Part shown: in pieces, positions 20,191-30,253 of the stretch
How positions within the stretch are numbered: position 1 is the first letter of the stretch
How the letters are laid out: each line of letters starts with the position of its first letter
DNA from: Saprospiraceae bacterium
Lineage (GTDB): Bacteria; Bacteroidota; Bacteroidia; Chitinophagales; Saprospiraceae
Direction of reading: 5' to 3'
DNA: 64,000 bases
Assembly: GCA_020630475.1 (NCBI GenBank)
Contig: JAHDBI010000001.1
Coordinates: 182,973-246,972 of the forward strand
Translations under genes and position numbers: made by a program
The notes under the pieces: generated by a model
The model's input: the letters and a program-made list of their open reading frames with translations, nothing else
Database searches by the model: none
What the model was told of the DNA's origin: nothing

Positions 20191-21626
20191 CTTGCTTGAA
20201 AGTTTAAGTGATCCTCCAAAATAAACTCTTCTGATTCATTATAAGTGTGCGTACCGATGTTACCATTCTTAGGATTAACAATCTTAACAGTTTCTTCTCG
20301 ATAATCATTTTCATTAAGTAAAATGATTTCATTGATTTTATAAGCCTTACCATAACGGTCTACACAATATTGTGAGGGTCGAAACAACCTTCCATTTTTA
20401 ATATAAACCTTACCAGCATTTCTAGAGTTGTCAGAACCAGAAACGACAGGGTTTTGTGGATGAGCGGTCCAATTGTCTACATTAATATCTTCACAATAGA
20501 ATAAATATAAATCGTCACAATGAGGAGCGAACGTATAATCTACCATTGTAGTCATAAGCCACCATCGATTTTCGAAGTGAAAGATATTTGTATCGCAACA
20601 CAATTTGTCTTCGAATATCACTTTATCTAGTTTCCACACATTTGGAAAATTGACACATTTATAGAAACGAATGCCTTGATAAAAACTTTCAGGAACAATA
20701 AAAAGATTGTTCTTAATCTCAATTAGATTAGGATAGGATAAATGAAAATTTTCACTAATTACCTTCTTTGTTTCGAACGATGAGTTATTATTTACTTCGA
20801 AATAGCTAATATGGCCGTAAGCATCACCAAATTTCATCTCTTCAAGAAAAACATATGTTTTATCTCCACGCTTAATAGGAAAAGGGTCAGCTAGGACATG
20901 ATTTTTTTTTCTTACAAAGGTTGTATCGCCAGTACTTTTATTGGTTAGTGATAAGAACCATTGTTGTCTATAAATTAGACGTTTAAGATTACTCTTAAAT
21001 AGAACAAATAGTGTTTGAATCTTTGTTTGTAATGAGATACGATTTATAGGGTGGAATGATGAAATTTGTAAATCAGACAATTTTGGAAAACCTTTAATAT
21101 ATCTTAAGATTAATACAATTGATCTTGAAAAAATTCTAGATTTTATATTGCCCCATGAATGCTTAAACGGTAAACTTGCCACCTGATAAAACTCTTGCCT
21201 ATTTGCTGTTGTTATCCGTAGTTGAATAAAAATATTTTTACTTTCCTTGGCTATAGTATTTATACCAACGAGTGGGTGAAACAACGGCATTTTGTTAGCG
21301 AATACATCAAGCACAGTTGCTTTATATAATGCATTTAAAGATTTACTAATAGAGGGTTCTGTTAAGTTTAAAATCAAATCTGGAGATGAATGTTGATTTT
21401 CCACCTCTTCTAGATTTTGCTTTAAATTGAAATTCCAAGCAGGTATAGTGTTGAAAATTTTATCAAATAAATCAATGATACTCTTAAAAACCGAATGATT
21501 CAATTTCTTGCCATTAACTTGTTTGTGTAAAACAGAAACCTCTATATCAGATAACTCTAATTCTTTTTTGAGCCTGTTTACCCAAGACAAATTATATGAA
21601 GGATCAATGACAATTAGTACTCTCAA
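20181..21626 (-). CDS. Uncharacterised two-domain protein (C-terminal half resembles a GH43-like beta-propeller)
   Basis: 481 aa intact ORF, translationally coupled on both sides. 'VLADPFPIKRGDKTYVFLEE', 'NRWWLMTT' and 'AGKVYIKNGRLFRPSQ' recall 5-bladed propeller families. No catalytic assignment possible. Confidence 0.45.
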   Translation of the reverse strand: MRVLIVIDPSYNLSWVNRLKKELELSDIEVSVLHKQVNGKKLNHSVFKSIIDLFDKIFNTIPAWNFNLKQNLEEVENQHSSPDLILNLTEPSISKSLNALYKATVLDVFANKMPLFHPLVGINTIAKESKNIFIQLRITTANRQEFYQVASLPFKHSWGNIKSRIFSRSIVLILRYIKGFPKLSDLQISSFHPINRISLQTKIQTLFVLFKSNLKRLIYRQQWFLSLTNKSTGDTTFVRKKNHVLADPFPIKRGDKTYVFLEEMKFGDAYGHISYFEVNNNSSFETKKVISENFHLSYPNLIEIKNNLFIVPESFYQGIRFYKCVNFPNVWKLDKVIFEDKLCCDTNIFHFENRWWLMTTMVDYTFAPHCDDLYLFYCEDINVDNWTAHPQNPVVSGSDNSRNAGKVYIKNGRLFRPSQYCVDRYGKAYKINEIILLNENDYREETVKIVNPKNGNIGTHTYNESEEFILEDHLNFQARWK

Positions 21627-22456
21627 GAGAATTGATTACAGGATTCAATTTTGGCGTAAAGCTTATCACAAGCCTTTTGAATTGTAGGATTTAATTTAAT
21701 TTCCTGACCGCGCCCAACCGCTTTGGCATTTATTATTTGAGTGGATTCTGGATGAGTAAATGTTATACCAATAAAATTATATAAATGTTGAAAAGATTTC
21801 AAGGGGCTATTTACCAGATCTTCATATTTGCACAAAAGAACCTTAGATTGATCTTGTAAGTTTTGATCGAAAAATAATTTATTTCTTACCCACCAAAAAA
21901 GAGCTGCTGCATCGTAGGAACCTAAGCTATCAAGTTCAAAGCTATGCACAAAATCAACTATTTCTTCTGAAAGGTTTTCACTTCTCCAATTACTTTTGGC
22001 TCTATTGTAAATTGGTTTTAAGTTAGCCTTTCCGTTATCTATACCAAAATGTTTAATGTTTGAAGCAGCTACATCTCTATAATGGCGATATAACCAAATA
22101 ACCTTAAGTGTTTCAAAATTTTCTAAATAATTTAAAGCGTTTTGAGATTCCACTAGAGGCTTTGCTAGAACTACAGGAAAATTGGAATTCGCAAATGTAT
22201 TTTTTAGAGCTTTATGTGAATTAAGCCTAATTTTAGTTACTCTATCTTCACTGTTTAATGAGCTTTTCATTTCATTATACACTCTAATATTTTTATCCTT
22301 ATTAAAAATATTAGAGGTCATCGAGGTTCCAGATCTTTGACACCCCATAAGAAACACGACGATAGTGTTGTGGTTTTTATTGACGTGACGTAATTGCTTT
22401 AAAAACAAATCAATTTTCATTTTGAGTTTGTTTTTAATTCTCTTAATTATAGTCAT
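21623..22456 (-). CDS. Sulfotransferase (P-loop 'RSGTS' type)
   Basis: 277 aa. 5'-PSB 'FLMGCQRSGTSMT'. 3'-PB-like 'WLYRHYRDVAAS'. Confidence 0.75.
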   Translation of the reverse strand: MTIIKRIKNKLKMKIDLFLKQLRHVNKNHNTIVVFLMGCQRSGTSMTSNIFNKDKNIRVYNEMKSSLNSEDRVTKIRLNSHKALKNTFANSNFPVVLAKPLVESQNALNYLENFETLKVIWLYRHYRDVAASNIKHFGIDNGKANLKPIYNRAKSNWRSENLSEEIVDFVHSFELDSLGSYDAAALFWWVRNKLFFDQNLQDQSKVLLCKYEDLVNSPLKSFQHLYNFIGITFTHPESTQIINAKAVGRGQEIKLNPTIQKACDKLYAKIESCNQFS

Positions 22457-22476
22457 AATAGCATAAAAACGTTAAG

Positions 22477-23034
22477 CTATTTTAAGAAAGGTTTGAAATC
22501 ATCTTTAATAGATCTCAATACGTTTTCTTTATAACTTAGAGATGAATCTTTATCGTCTTCAGATATATACATTTTTAAGGCCTTGGCTTTATAATCTTCA
22601 AAATCCCCAATTATTTTAGCAGGATTTCCTCCAACGATTTTCCCTTTTGGAATAGACTTAGTAACTACAGAACCTGCGGCAACAATTACATTGTCTTCAA
22701 TGACTACCCCCGGCATTATAATGGAATTTGTACCAATAAATACATCATTTCCAATAACTGTCTTTTTATAATCGAATCGCCGTCCTTTTTCATCTCTTAT
22801 TAACCAAGTCGATCCGTTATGAGTAAGAACCCTTACTCCAGAAGTGATAGTAACTCGATCACCTATATTAACAAGGAAAGGTTCAGAGCCAAAATGTCTA
22901 ATATATATTCTACAACCTTCCCCGATTGAAACGCCAAGAAATCTTCCGTAAGCAACGGAACCACCTTTTATCAGGTAAAAACGTTTCAAAAAATAGAATT
23001 TTAGAAATTTATATATACGTTGAATTAAAGCCAT
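22477..23034 (-). CDS. Hexapeptide-repeat O-acetyltransferase (WbbJ/maltose acetyltransferase-like)
   Basis: 185 aa. 'IGNDVFIGTNSIIMPGVVIEDNVIVAAGSVVTKSIPKGKIVGGNPAKII'. Confidence 0.85.
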   Translation of the reverse strand: MALIQRIYKFLKFYFLKRFYLIKGGSVAYGRFLGVSIGEGCRIYIRHFGSEPFLVNIGDRVTITSGVRVLTHNGSTWLIRDEKGRRFDYKKTVIGNDVFIGTNSIIMPGVVIEDNVIVAAGSVVTKSIPKGKIVGGNPAKIIGDFEDYKAKALKMYISEDDKDSSLSYKENVLRSIKDDFKPFLK

Positions 23035-24926
23035 TTTTTAGCCCACATTTGGAAACTTAGAATAAGCCAAAGCTGATTATTATTGTCTGTATAATTTGAA
23101 ACGGTCTTAATTAGTTTCGACATTTTTTTAGTATTAAAAATACCATGTCTATCTAGTTCTTGGTTATTTAAATTATCCTGAATTAAATAGTTTAGATCAT
23201 TTTTAAGCCAATCATTAATTGGTATTCCAAAGCCCATTTTAGGTCTTTGCATTATTGATTTTGGAATATATTTATGTGTTATATTTTTTAGAAAATATTT
23301 TAGTTCACCTCCATACATCTTTTTCTCAGAAGGTATAGAAGAAATAAATTCGTAAATTTTATGATCTAACATTGGATCTCTTCCTTCAAGGCTGTTTGCC
23401 ATAGAAGCTCGATCTACTTTAACCAACATATCATTTGTTAATGTTGATTGATAATCAAAAGACAACAATGCATTGAATTCATCTTTAATACCTTTTAAGT
23501 TTCCCTTTAAATCCTCAAGTGGATTTAGAAATTTAGATGAATTTTTTTGATTGGAAATTATTTTATTAATGATCGAATCAGTAAAGTACTGAGGATAAAT
23601 GTTTATAATCTCAAGCAAAGAGGAATCTTTTAGCACAGAGCTAATTTTATCCCATCTTATACTTTTGTTAGGTGAATTAATGTAGGCATTGCTGATAAGC
23701 TGAGTTAAGGAAGACAATGACCTTCTGAATAATTTGGGAATTTTGTCTAGGTCGTTTTTTATACTTACAAAACGTTTATTTCGATTGTAACCACTAAAGA
23801 GTTCGTCACCACCATCAGCAGATAAGGCCACTTTCACGTGTTCTGATGTTATTTTACTTACAAGAAAGGTTGGGATAGCAGAACTATCAGCAAATGGCTC
23901 ATCATAATAGTGGGGAAGAATTGGAATGATATCTTGAGTCTCTTTTTTAGTGCAGATGTGTGTATAGTGATTTGTACCTAAATGTTTAGCTACTTTTTCC
24001 GCATGAGGAGATTCATTGTACGTATCATTTTCGAAACCAATAGTGAAGGTGTTGATTTTTTCTGTTCTATCTTTCTGTAACAATGCGGTAACAAGACTAC
24101 TATCATATCCTCCACTTAAGAAAACACCAACAGGGACATCAGCAACCAATCTATATTCGAAAGATTCTTGCAATAGAGATTCAACCCTTTGTTCAATCTC
24201 TTCTAATGATAAATTCTGATATTCTTCATTAGTGACATAATCATTTGGATTCCAATATTGGATTTCTTTTATGTCATTATTCTCTAGGTTCATTTCTAAA
24301 ATGTACCCAGGTTTTAATTTATGTGTGTTTTTAAAAATGGATAGTGGACTTGGAACAAATCCATATTTGAAGTAGAGTTGAACTGCGTGTTTATTGAGTT
24401 CCTTGTTGAATTTTGGATGCTTATGAAAAGATTTTAATTCGGAGGCAAATAAGGTTAATCCAGACGATTGATAAAGGAAAAGAGGTTTAATTCCGATACG
24501 ATCTCGTACTAAAAGAATTTTTCTTTTTTCTTCATCGAATATTGCGAAGGCAAACATTCCGCGAAAGCGCTTAACACAATCCATTCCCCAACAATCATAT
24601 GCCGAGAGAATCATTTCTGTATCACTATTTGATCTAAAGGAATATCCTTTTTCCTTAAGCTCTTTTTGAATTTCTTTAAAATTGTAAATTTCTCCATTAA
24701 AGGTAAGCCAGGAGTTATGCTTTTGCATTGGTTGTGCTCCTCCTTCACTTAAATCAATAATGGAGAGTCTACGATGGCCAAAACCAATATTGCTATTACA
24801 ACAAGACCAATGTTTATAACCAAAACCATCAGGACCTCTATGCACTAGAGCATCGGTCATGGCTCTTAGAGTTTCTATATCGAAACTTAGATTAGACCTA
24901 TCTATTATTCCCGTTATTCCACACAT
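23025..24926 (-). CDS. Asparagine synthase (glutamine-hydrolysing)-like amidotransferase, copy 2
   Basis: 633 aa. 'MCGITGI'. PP-loop 'FLSGGYDSSLV'. Confidence 0.9.
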   Translation of the reverse strand: MCGITGIIDRSNLSFDIETLRAMTDALVHRGPDGFGYKHWSCCNSNIGFGHRRLSIIDLSEGGAQPMQKHNSWLTFNGEIYNFKEIQKELKEKGYSFRSNSDTEMILSAYDCWGMDCVKRFRGMFAFAIFDEEKRKILLVRDRIGIKPLFLYQSSGLTLFASELKSFHKHPKFNKELNKHAVQLYFKYGFVPSPLSIFKNTHKLKPGYILEMNLENNDIKEIQYWNPNDYVTNEEYQNLSLEEIEQRVESLLQESFEYRLVADVPVGVFLSGGYDSSLVTALLQKDRTEKINTFTIGFENDTYNESPHAEKVAKHLGTNHYTHICTKKETQDIIPILPHYYDEPFADSSAIPTFLVSKITSEHVKVALSADGGDELFSGYNRNKRFVSIKNDLDKIPKLFRRSLSSLTQLISNAYINSPNKSIRWDKISSVLKDSSLLEIINIYPQYFTDSIINKIISNQKNSSKFLNPLEDLKGNLKGIKDEFNALLSFDYQSTLTNDMLVKVDRASMANSLEGRDPMLDHKIYEFISSIPSEKKMYGGELKYFLKNITHKYIPKSIMQRPKMGFGIPINDWLKNDLNYLIQDNLNNQELDRHGIFNTKKMSKLIKTVSNYTDNNNQLWLILSFQMWAKKWL

Positions 24927-26209
24927 CTTTTATTAGATACTCTTTTCCATTGACTTAACACAATAGTAATTCCGATCAACGCATTAGATACTCTTGCTCC
25001 TAATGCGTTATGTCCGGTACCTGCTACATTTACAAAAAAGACAATAGCGGTACCTAGAATTATAAAACCAATTCCAGGAGATTTATTTAACCAACCACTA
25101 AAACCCAACAAGGTAAACGTGAGCATCAAAAGTAGAAATGGAATAATGCCGCTTTCACCAAAGACCATTAATTGAGTATTATGGACACCCATTTTATTAG
25201 CCCCTTTAAGATTCTTAAGTCGATGAAAAGATCCTAGACCATATCCTAGTAACGGACGATTCATAATTTGTTCGATGGCAAATGAATATAAACCATCTCT
25301 TTCTGATGTAGTTTGTTTATCAATTTGTCCTGACAATATTTGAGTAGTTCTCAATAGTCGAGTTCTTTGTCCATAAGACATTTGATCTAGGTATGAAAAA
25401 AACCTAAAACCTATGAATGAAATACTTGAAACAAAAACTACTATAAAAAGAGACACCTTAAATAATGAAGACAACTTTAACTTAGGAGCATATTTGGCTT
25501 GGTGAACCAAAAAAGCGATAAGAACCAACAAACCAGTTATCATAGCAGATTTTGAAAAAGACAAAATGGTGCTATATAGGGCGAGACCAATTAATCCCAA
25601 AAGGATAAAGTAGTATTTTCTAAAAAATGAAAATCCTCCAAGCGTTAAAACGACAAAATACAATGCCATAGCTCCAGCTTCATTTGGATTTTTAAATAAA
25701 CCGGATTGTCTATCGGATTCAACAGTTTTAGATACATCTGATATTTGACTTACTCCAAGCTGATTCGCGAAAGCGATGAAAATTACAGAGACTAAAGAAA
25801 AACCGATGATCGCTTGAAGAAGCCTATTTAGTCCATAGTGTTTTATAAATACTTTTGAACCAGCGTAAAAAGAGGTTATGATAACTATAGAAGAGAGATA
25901 TGACTTAAGTAAAACCAATAAAGACGTTCTTGGATGTAAATAGCTTGGATCTAAAAAGTACGAAACCAAACCAATGAACAGATAGGAGCAATAGAATAGT
26001 AGAATTAGTTTTAAAATAAGTGAATTTGCCCTTATGCGTTCTTTCTCAAAGCTCAAAAAGAGAATGATCAAAGACAACAATAATATCAATGGTGAAAATG
26101 GCGCTGTAATTCTAAATGCCATAAACAAAACCCCATTGAGGTTACAGAAAATTATTCCCGATAGGATTAGAAAACAAAAACAGACTATATCTGCGTATTT
26201 GATTTTCAC
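24914..26209 (-). CDS. wzy: O-antigen ligase-family polytopic membrane protein, probable Wzy repeat-unit polymerase
   Basis: 431 aa, about 10 or more hydrophobic helices by eye. Only such protein in the locus. Confidence 0.7.
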   Translation of the reverse strand: MKIKYADIVCFCFLILSGIIFCNLNGVLFMAFRITAPFSPLILLLSLIILFLSFEKERIRANSLILKLILLFYCSYLFIGLVSYFLDPSYLHPRTSLLVLLKSYLSSIVIITSFYAGSKVFIKHYGLNRLLQAIIGFSLVSVIFIAFANQLGVSQISDVSKTVESDRQSGLFKNPNEAGAMALYFVVLTLGGFSFFRKYYFILLGLIGLALYSTILSFSKSAMITGLLVLIAFLVHQAKYAPKLKLSSLFKVSLFIVVFVSSISFIGFRFFSYLDQMSYGQRTRLLRTTQILSGQIDKQTTSERDGLYSFAIEQIMNRPLLGYGLGSFHRLKNLKGANKMGVHNTQLMVFGESGIIPFLLLMLTFTLLGFSGWLNKSPGIGFIILGTAIVFFVNVAGTGHNALGARVSNALIGITIVLSQWKRVSNKRCVE

Positions 26210-27363
26210 TTAAAAAGTTCTTGTTTTAATTTTTGACCAATCGTATTAACATCATATAGTTTAGATGCTGTGAAGGCATTTTGAACGAGTTGGTGTCGTA
26301 AGGATTCTGAACTAATAAGTTCAGTAATTGCAATATTTATTTTGTCAGTAGACTTTTCATTTACTTGTAGTGCACAAGAATGTTTTTTAAGCATTTTTGA
26401 AATTGCAGTGTTTTCTGGGCAATGAGCAAGAATCGGTTTGCCAGAATATAGTAAAGGAATTGTTCTGGTTGGAAAAATAGTTAAATATTCCGCTCTTGAA
26501 AAATTTCCTTCAAACCCATGGGGTAGTAACATAATATCGAATTCAGGAAAACGACTAATCAATACATTGAGAGGAACAAATCCATGAATAAATACTCGTT
26601 CTCCTCTGATTCCCATGTCAAGCCATTCTTTTTCAGAGTTTCTTCCAAAAATATGAAGCTCTGAAGTTTTGTCATGACTTAATACACTTTTACAAATTCT
26701 CTCAGTTGCGTCTTTATTAGAATGATTAATATTTCCTGTAAGTAAAAACTTTAGTGACTTTTCATTTAACGAAACATCAATCTCTTTTGTGATTTCAGGA
26801 ATTGAAAACCCATGTAATAATGCTTCAAATTTTTTAGCATAAAATGGATACGAACTAGTCATATATTCATTCATGCCGATACTCATCGTGAATATCTTTT
26901 TTGACGAATTAAAAATTTCGGGTTGAATGCGTTTAGCCAATAACTTTAAAAACCCTGTTCGATTATCAAGGTACGTATTGTGAAACCAACTATAAAAAGG
27001 AATACCTTTTGTCTTCGCTGCTTTACATCCCAAATAAGTATAAAATTCGTCTGGAAATACTCCTAGGACTACATCAATATTATGTTTTTCAATAATTTCT
27101 AACAGTTGACTTAGAACTTTCTTATAGCCAAGCCACTTTGAAAATTTGCTTCCTTTTTTCTTTGCTAGTTCTGGATTACCAAGCAAATAAAACGGATATT
27201 TTGGTTTAGTATAATCTTCAATTTTAGAGCCCGGCGTATATGCACCCGCAAGTACAATTTTATTAGGATCGAAAACTTCCATCAAATTAGACAGAATTAC
27301 TCCGGATCCACTCGTAGGTGGAAATGCAGTCCATGTTACAACTAGTAGATTTTTATCCTGCAT
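26206..27363 (-). CDS. Putative GT-B-fold glycosyltransferase (divergent)
   Basis: 385 aa. N-terminus '[22 protein letters not shown]' resembles GT4 N-domains. No clean E-x7-E. Confidence 0.5.
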   Translation of the reverse strand: MQDKNLLVVTWTAFPPTSGSGVILSNLMEVFDPNKIVLAGAYTPGSKIEDYTKPKYPFYLLGNPELAKKKGSKFSKWLGYKKVLSQLLEIIEKHNIDVVLGVFPDEFYTYLGCKAAKTKGIPFYSWFHNTYLDNRTGFLKLLAKRIQPEIFNSSKKIFTMSIGMNEYMTSSYPFYAKKFEALLHGFSIPEITKEIDVSLNEKSLKFLLTGNINHSNKDATERICKSVLSHDKTSELHIFGRNSEKEWLDMGIRGERVFIHGFVPLNVLISRFPEFDIMLLPHGFEGNFSRAEYLTIFPTRTIPLLYSGKPILAHCPENTAISKMLKKHSCALQVNEKSTDKINIAITELISSESLRHQLVQNAFTASKLYDVNTIGQKLKQELFK

Positions 27364-28414
27364 TTTTAAGTCTTTGTTCCCAACTTTCTACAATTTCTTC
27401 AAATACCGTTTGAAGAGATTTTGTTATATCCCATTGAGGGTAATGTGCCTTCATTTTAGAAAGATCAGATATGTAACAAATATGATCACCTTCTCTATTT
27501 TTATCGGAATAAGTATAGTTCATAGGTTTACCAGTAATGTTTGATACGCGATCAAAAGCCTCTAAGATAGAAGTAGAGTTATCACGACCACCACCAATAT
27601 TATAGACCTCACCACAACGAGGAGAATCGAAAAAGGCTTCAATAAATTTGGCTACATCTAAGGAATGAATGTTATCTCTAACCTGTTTTCCTTTATACCC
27701 AAAAATAGTATACTCACCACCAACGATATTGACCTTTATTAAATAACTCAAAAAACCATGCAACTCAACACCTGAATGGTTAGGTCCTGTCAAACACCCA
27801 CCTCTTAATGCACAAGTAGGCATATTAAAATATCTACCATATTCCTGTACAGAAACATCAGCGGCTACTTTAGAGGCACCAAATAAAGAATGCTTGGATT
27901 GATCAATGGTGAACGTTTCTTTAATCCCATTAAACATTTCTTGATCACCATATTCCCATCTTGTTTCCTTTTCTATGAGATTTAAATTATTTGGTGCATC
28001 ACCATAGACCTTATTTGTACTCATATGTGCAAAAGGACTTTCTGGGCAGTACAATCTACATGCCTCTAAAAGGTTTAAAGTACCTACGGCATTTACATCA
28101 AAATCATCAAATGGTCTAGAAGCAGCTAAATCATGACTAGGTTGTGCAGCTGTATGAGCAATGTGTGATGGCTTGAGCTCTTTAATTAGATCCAATACAG
28201 CTTGTCTATCACGAATGTCCAATTCAACATGTTCAAAACTAGGACAATCTTTAATCAGTTGAGATTGATTCCATCTGGTATCTCCTTTAGGACCAAAAAA
28301 GTCAGCACGCATATTATTGTCAATACCATAAACCTTCCAACCTAAAGCATCAAAATACCGGACAACTTCCGAGCCGATGAGACCAGAAGATCCCGTTACT
28401 AATAATTTATTCAT
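27353..28414 (-). CDS. NAD-dependent epimerase/dehydratase (extended SDR, CDP-paratose-2-epimerase-like)
   Basis: 353 aa. '[14 protein letters not shown]', 'MSTNKVYGD'. 'LFGASK' sits where YxxxK is expected. Confidence 0.8.
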   Translation of the reverse strand: MNKLLVTGSSGLIGSEVVRYFDALGWKVYGIDNNMRADFFGPKGDTRWNQSQLIKDCPSFEHVELDIRDRQAVLDLIKELKPSHIAHTAAQPSHDLAASRPFDDFDVNAVGTLNLLEACRLYCPESPFAHMSTNKVYGDAPNNLNLIEKETRWEYGDQEMFNGIKETFTIDQSKHSLFGASKVAADVSVQEYGRYFNMPTCALRGGCLTGPNHSGVELHGFLSYLIKVNIVGGEYTIFGYKGKQVRDNIHSLDVAKFIEAFFDSPRCGEVYNIGGGRDNSTSILEAFDRVSNITGKPMNYTYSDKNREGDHICYISDLSKMKAHYPQWDITKSLQTVFEEIVESWEQRLKNAG

Positions 28415-29400
28415 TTACCTGTTATTATATTTTTTAATCCGCGAATGTAATTTTTAGATACACTTCTAAAAATGTTTATTTTTTTATATTTCCACAAGTC
28501 ATGAGTTTTAGGCTTCGATGCCTTAAATGTAAAACTCCATGCCTTTGATAGATCTGTTTTAAAAGCTTTGAAATTTTTCTTACTAAAATGTAAAGCTCCT
28601 CTTAAATAATGGTTTTTACATAGAATCCAAGCGACAATAGTTTTCTTTTCATTTGTAAGTAGTTCACTTTCATATAAGTTTGAAAGAAAAGATATCCTAC
28701 TATCATTAAAGGAAAATGGCCGCATTAAACTTCTTTTGGTTATTCCTTTATCATGTCGACGATATACACCTGTTTTGTCACTCATATGATGGCCTTTACA
28801 GTTAAGCATAATTAAGCATTCTAAAGGCCAATCTCCCATGACACATTCCATTGTAGACTTAACATAATAATCTAAGTCAATAAGCGATCTCCTGAAGACC
28901 ATAGTTAAAGTGGTTCCACCTTTTTTAATAATCGAATCAGAAAAGCTAAAGCTATAATCTTGTTTACTACTGTAAACATCTTGATCGCTTATACCAATGA
29001 CATTTGTATCTGTATAGCACAAACCGTATTCTTCATTAGCATCAAGAAAATCAATTTGTTTTTGAAGTTTATATGGATCTATCCAATAATCGTCCCCGGG
29101 TAACAATGCAATGTATTCCCCTGTTGCATGTCTAATTAAATTCACAAAATTCCATCTTCCTGTTGGCCTATCTTTTATGTAAATGACATTTGATCTGTCA
29201 TTTTGAAAAACTCGTACATGCTTATACTTTTCTGCAAACTGAAGGCAGACGTCTTTAGTGCCATCCTTAGATCCATCTTCACCAACTAAATGTTCAATTT
29301 CAAAATTTGTCTTTTGATCAGCCACGCTTTGAAGCGCTTGCTCTATATATTTTTCGTGATTATAGGTAGTTGTTACAATACTTACCTTAACACTATTCAT
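28411..29400 (-). CDS. Glycosyltransferase family 2
   Basis: 329 aa. '[24 protein letters not shown]', 'GEDGSKDGT', 'LPGDDYW'. Confidence 0.9.
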   Translation of the reverse strand: MNSVKVSIVTTTYNHEKYIEQALQSVADQKTNFEIEHLVGEDGSKDGTKDVCLQFAEKYKHVRVFQNDRSNVIYIKDRPTGRWNFVNLIRHATGEYIALLPGDDYWIDPYKLQKQIDFLDANEEYGLCYTDTNVIGISDQDVYSSKQDYSFSFSDSIIKKGGTTLTMVFRRSLIDLDYYVKSTMECVMGDWPLECLIMLNCKGHHMSDKTGVYRRHDKGITKRSLMRPFSFNDSRISFLSNLYESELLTNEKKTIVAWILCKNHYLRGALHFSKKNFKAFKTDLSKAWSFTFKASKPKTHDLWKYKKINIFRSVSKNYIRGLKNIITGK

Positions 29401-30208
29401 TGAGAAAAATATTTAAAGGAGAATTTTCTAAATCTTTTTGAATCGCCAAAATAATTTCATTCGGCATTAAATCCTTCCATTTGCTTACAACCGCAGAAGA
29501 TTTAAAAACAGAATGTTCGTCTGCATCATGTCTATTTTGAGATTGATAGATAAAGTCAGAAGTTTGTTGGCTTAGTTCAATGTTGAGAAAGTCAAATAAG
29601 TTCTTTACTTCATCAAAGGTGTTTTTGACTAAGTTTTCGTATCGAATCACTTTTATCTTTTCTGGATTAGATTTCTCTAATTCTAAATATCGTGTTGTCA
29701 GTTTTTTCCAGTCAGAAAAACCCCAAAATTCGTGACGGTCAACTTTTCTACATTGTCCTGTATACCATTCCTTCAAAGGGTCACATTGTGTAGGGAATTC
29801 TTTTTTAGAATTTATCCAAGAAGAGATACAACCTAAAGGATTCCTAACAATATATACCAGTTTAGTTTTGTCTAATACAATGAACTTAGATAAGACATCG
29901 TGATGCCTGACATCCTTAATTAAAAGATGTTTGGGGTTTGTTTTTTTATTTTGCCAAGTTGGAAATTCATTACGATTACGTCGATCTGTTTGCAACAAAA
30001 AAGAATCTTCAGAGACATAAACGTTGTTTAAAAAATTGATCCAGTCTTCTTCGCTTGAATGTTCATCTACTTCTTGCTTAAACGCATAAGAAAACAAAGG
30101 GCTCATTTTGAAATTGACTTCTGGACTACTATCTATTAGTTGACTTAACCAGCTCGTTCCAGAACGAGGCATCCCACAAATCCAAATTGAATTAAAGATG
30201 TAGTTCAA
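29393..30208 (-). CDS. Sulfotransferase (P-loop 'RSGTS' type)
   Basis: 271 aa. 5'-PSB 'CGMPRSGTSWLSQL'. 3'-PB-like 'YIVRNPLGCISS'. Confidence 0.8.
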   Translation of the reverse strand: MNYIFNSIWICGMPRSGTSWLSQLIDSSPEVNFKMSPLFSYAFKQEVDEHSSEEDWINFLNNVYVSEDSFLLQTDRRNRNEFPTWQNKKTNPKHLLIKDVRHHDVLSKFIVLDKTKLVYIVRNPLGCISSWINSKKEFPTQCDPLKEWYTGQCRKVDRHEFWGFSDWKKLTTRYLELEKSNPEKIKVIRYENLVKNTFDEVKNLFDFLNIELSQQTSDFIYQSQNRHDADEHSVFKSSAVVSKWKDLMPNEIILAIQKDLENSPLNIFLNE

Positions 30209-30253
30209 TTTAAATTAATTCAAAGTTTAGTTGAAAAAAGTGTTGTGCTAAAA

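Noticed and set aside
20166-20910. Two T9 homopolymer tracts (20166-20174 in the GT4 5' end, 20902-20910 in the 481-aa ORF) as possible slipped-strand phase-variation switches
   Set aside because: A rough estimate for about one-third G+C DNA predicts a few A/T runs of 9 or more in 64 kb by chance. The tracts are short for reliable phase variation, and both genes are currently in frame. Worth checking only if population sequencing shows length variation.
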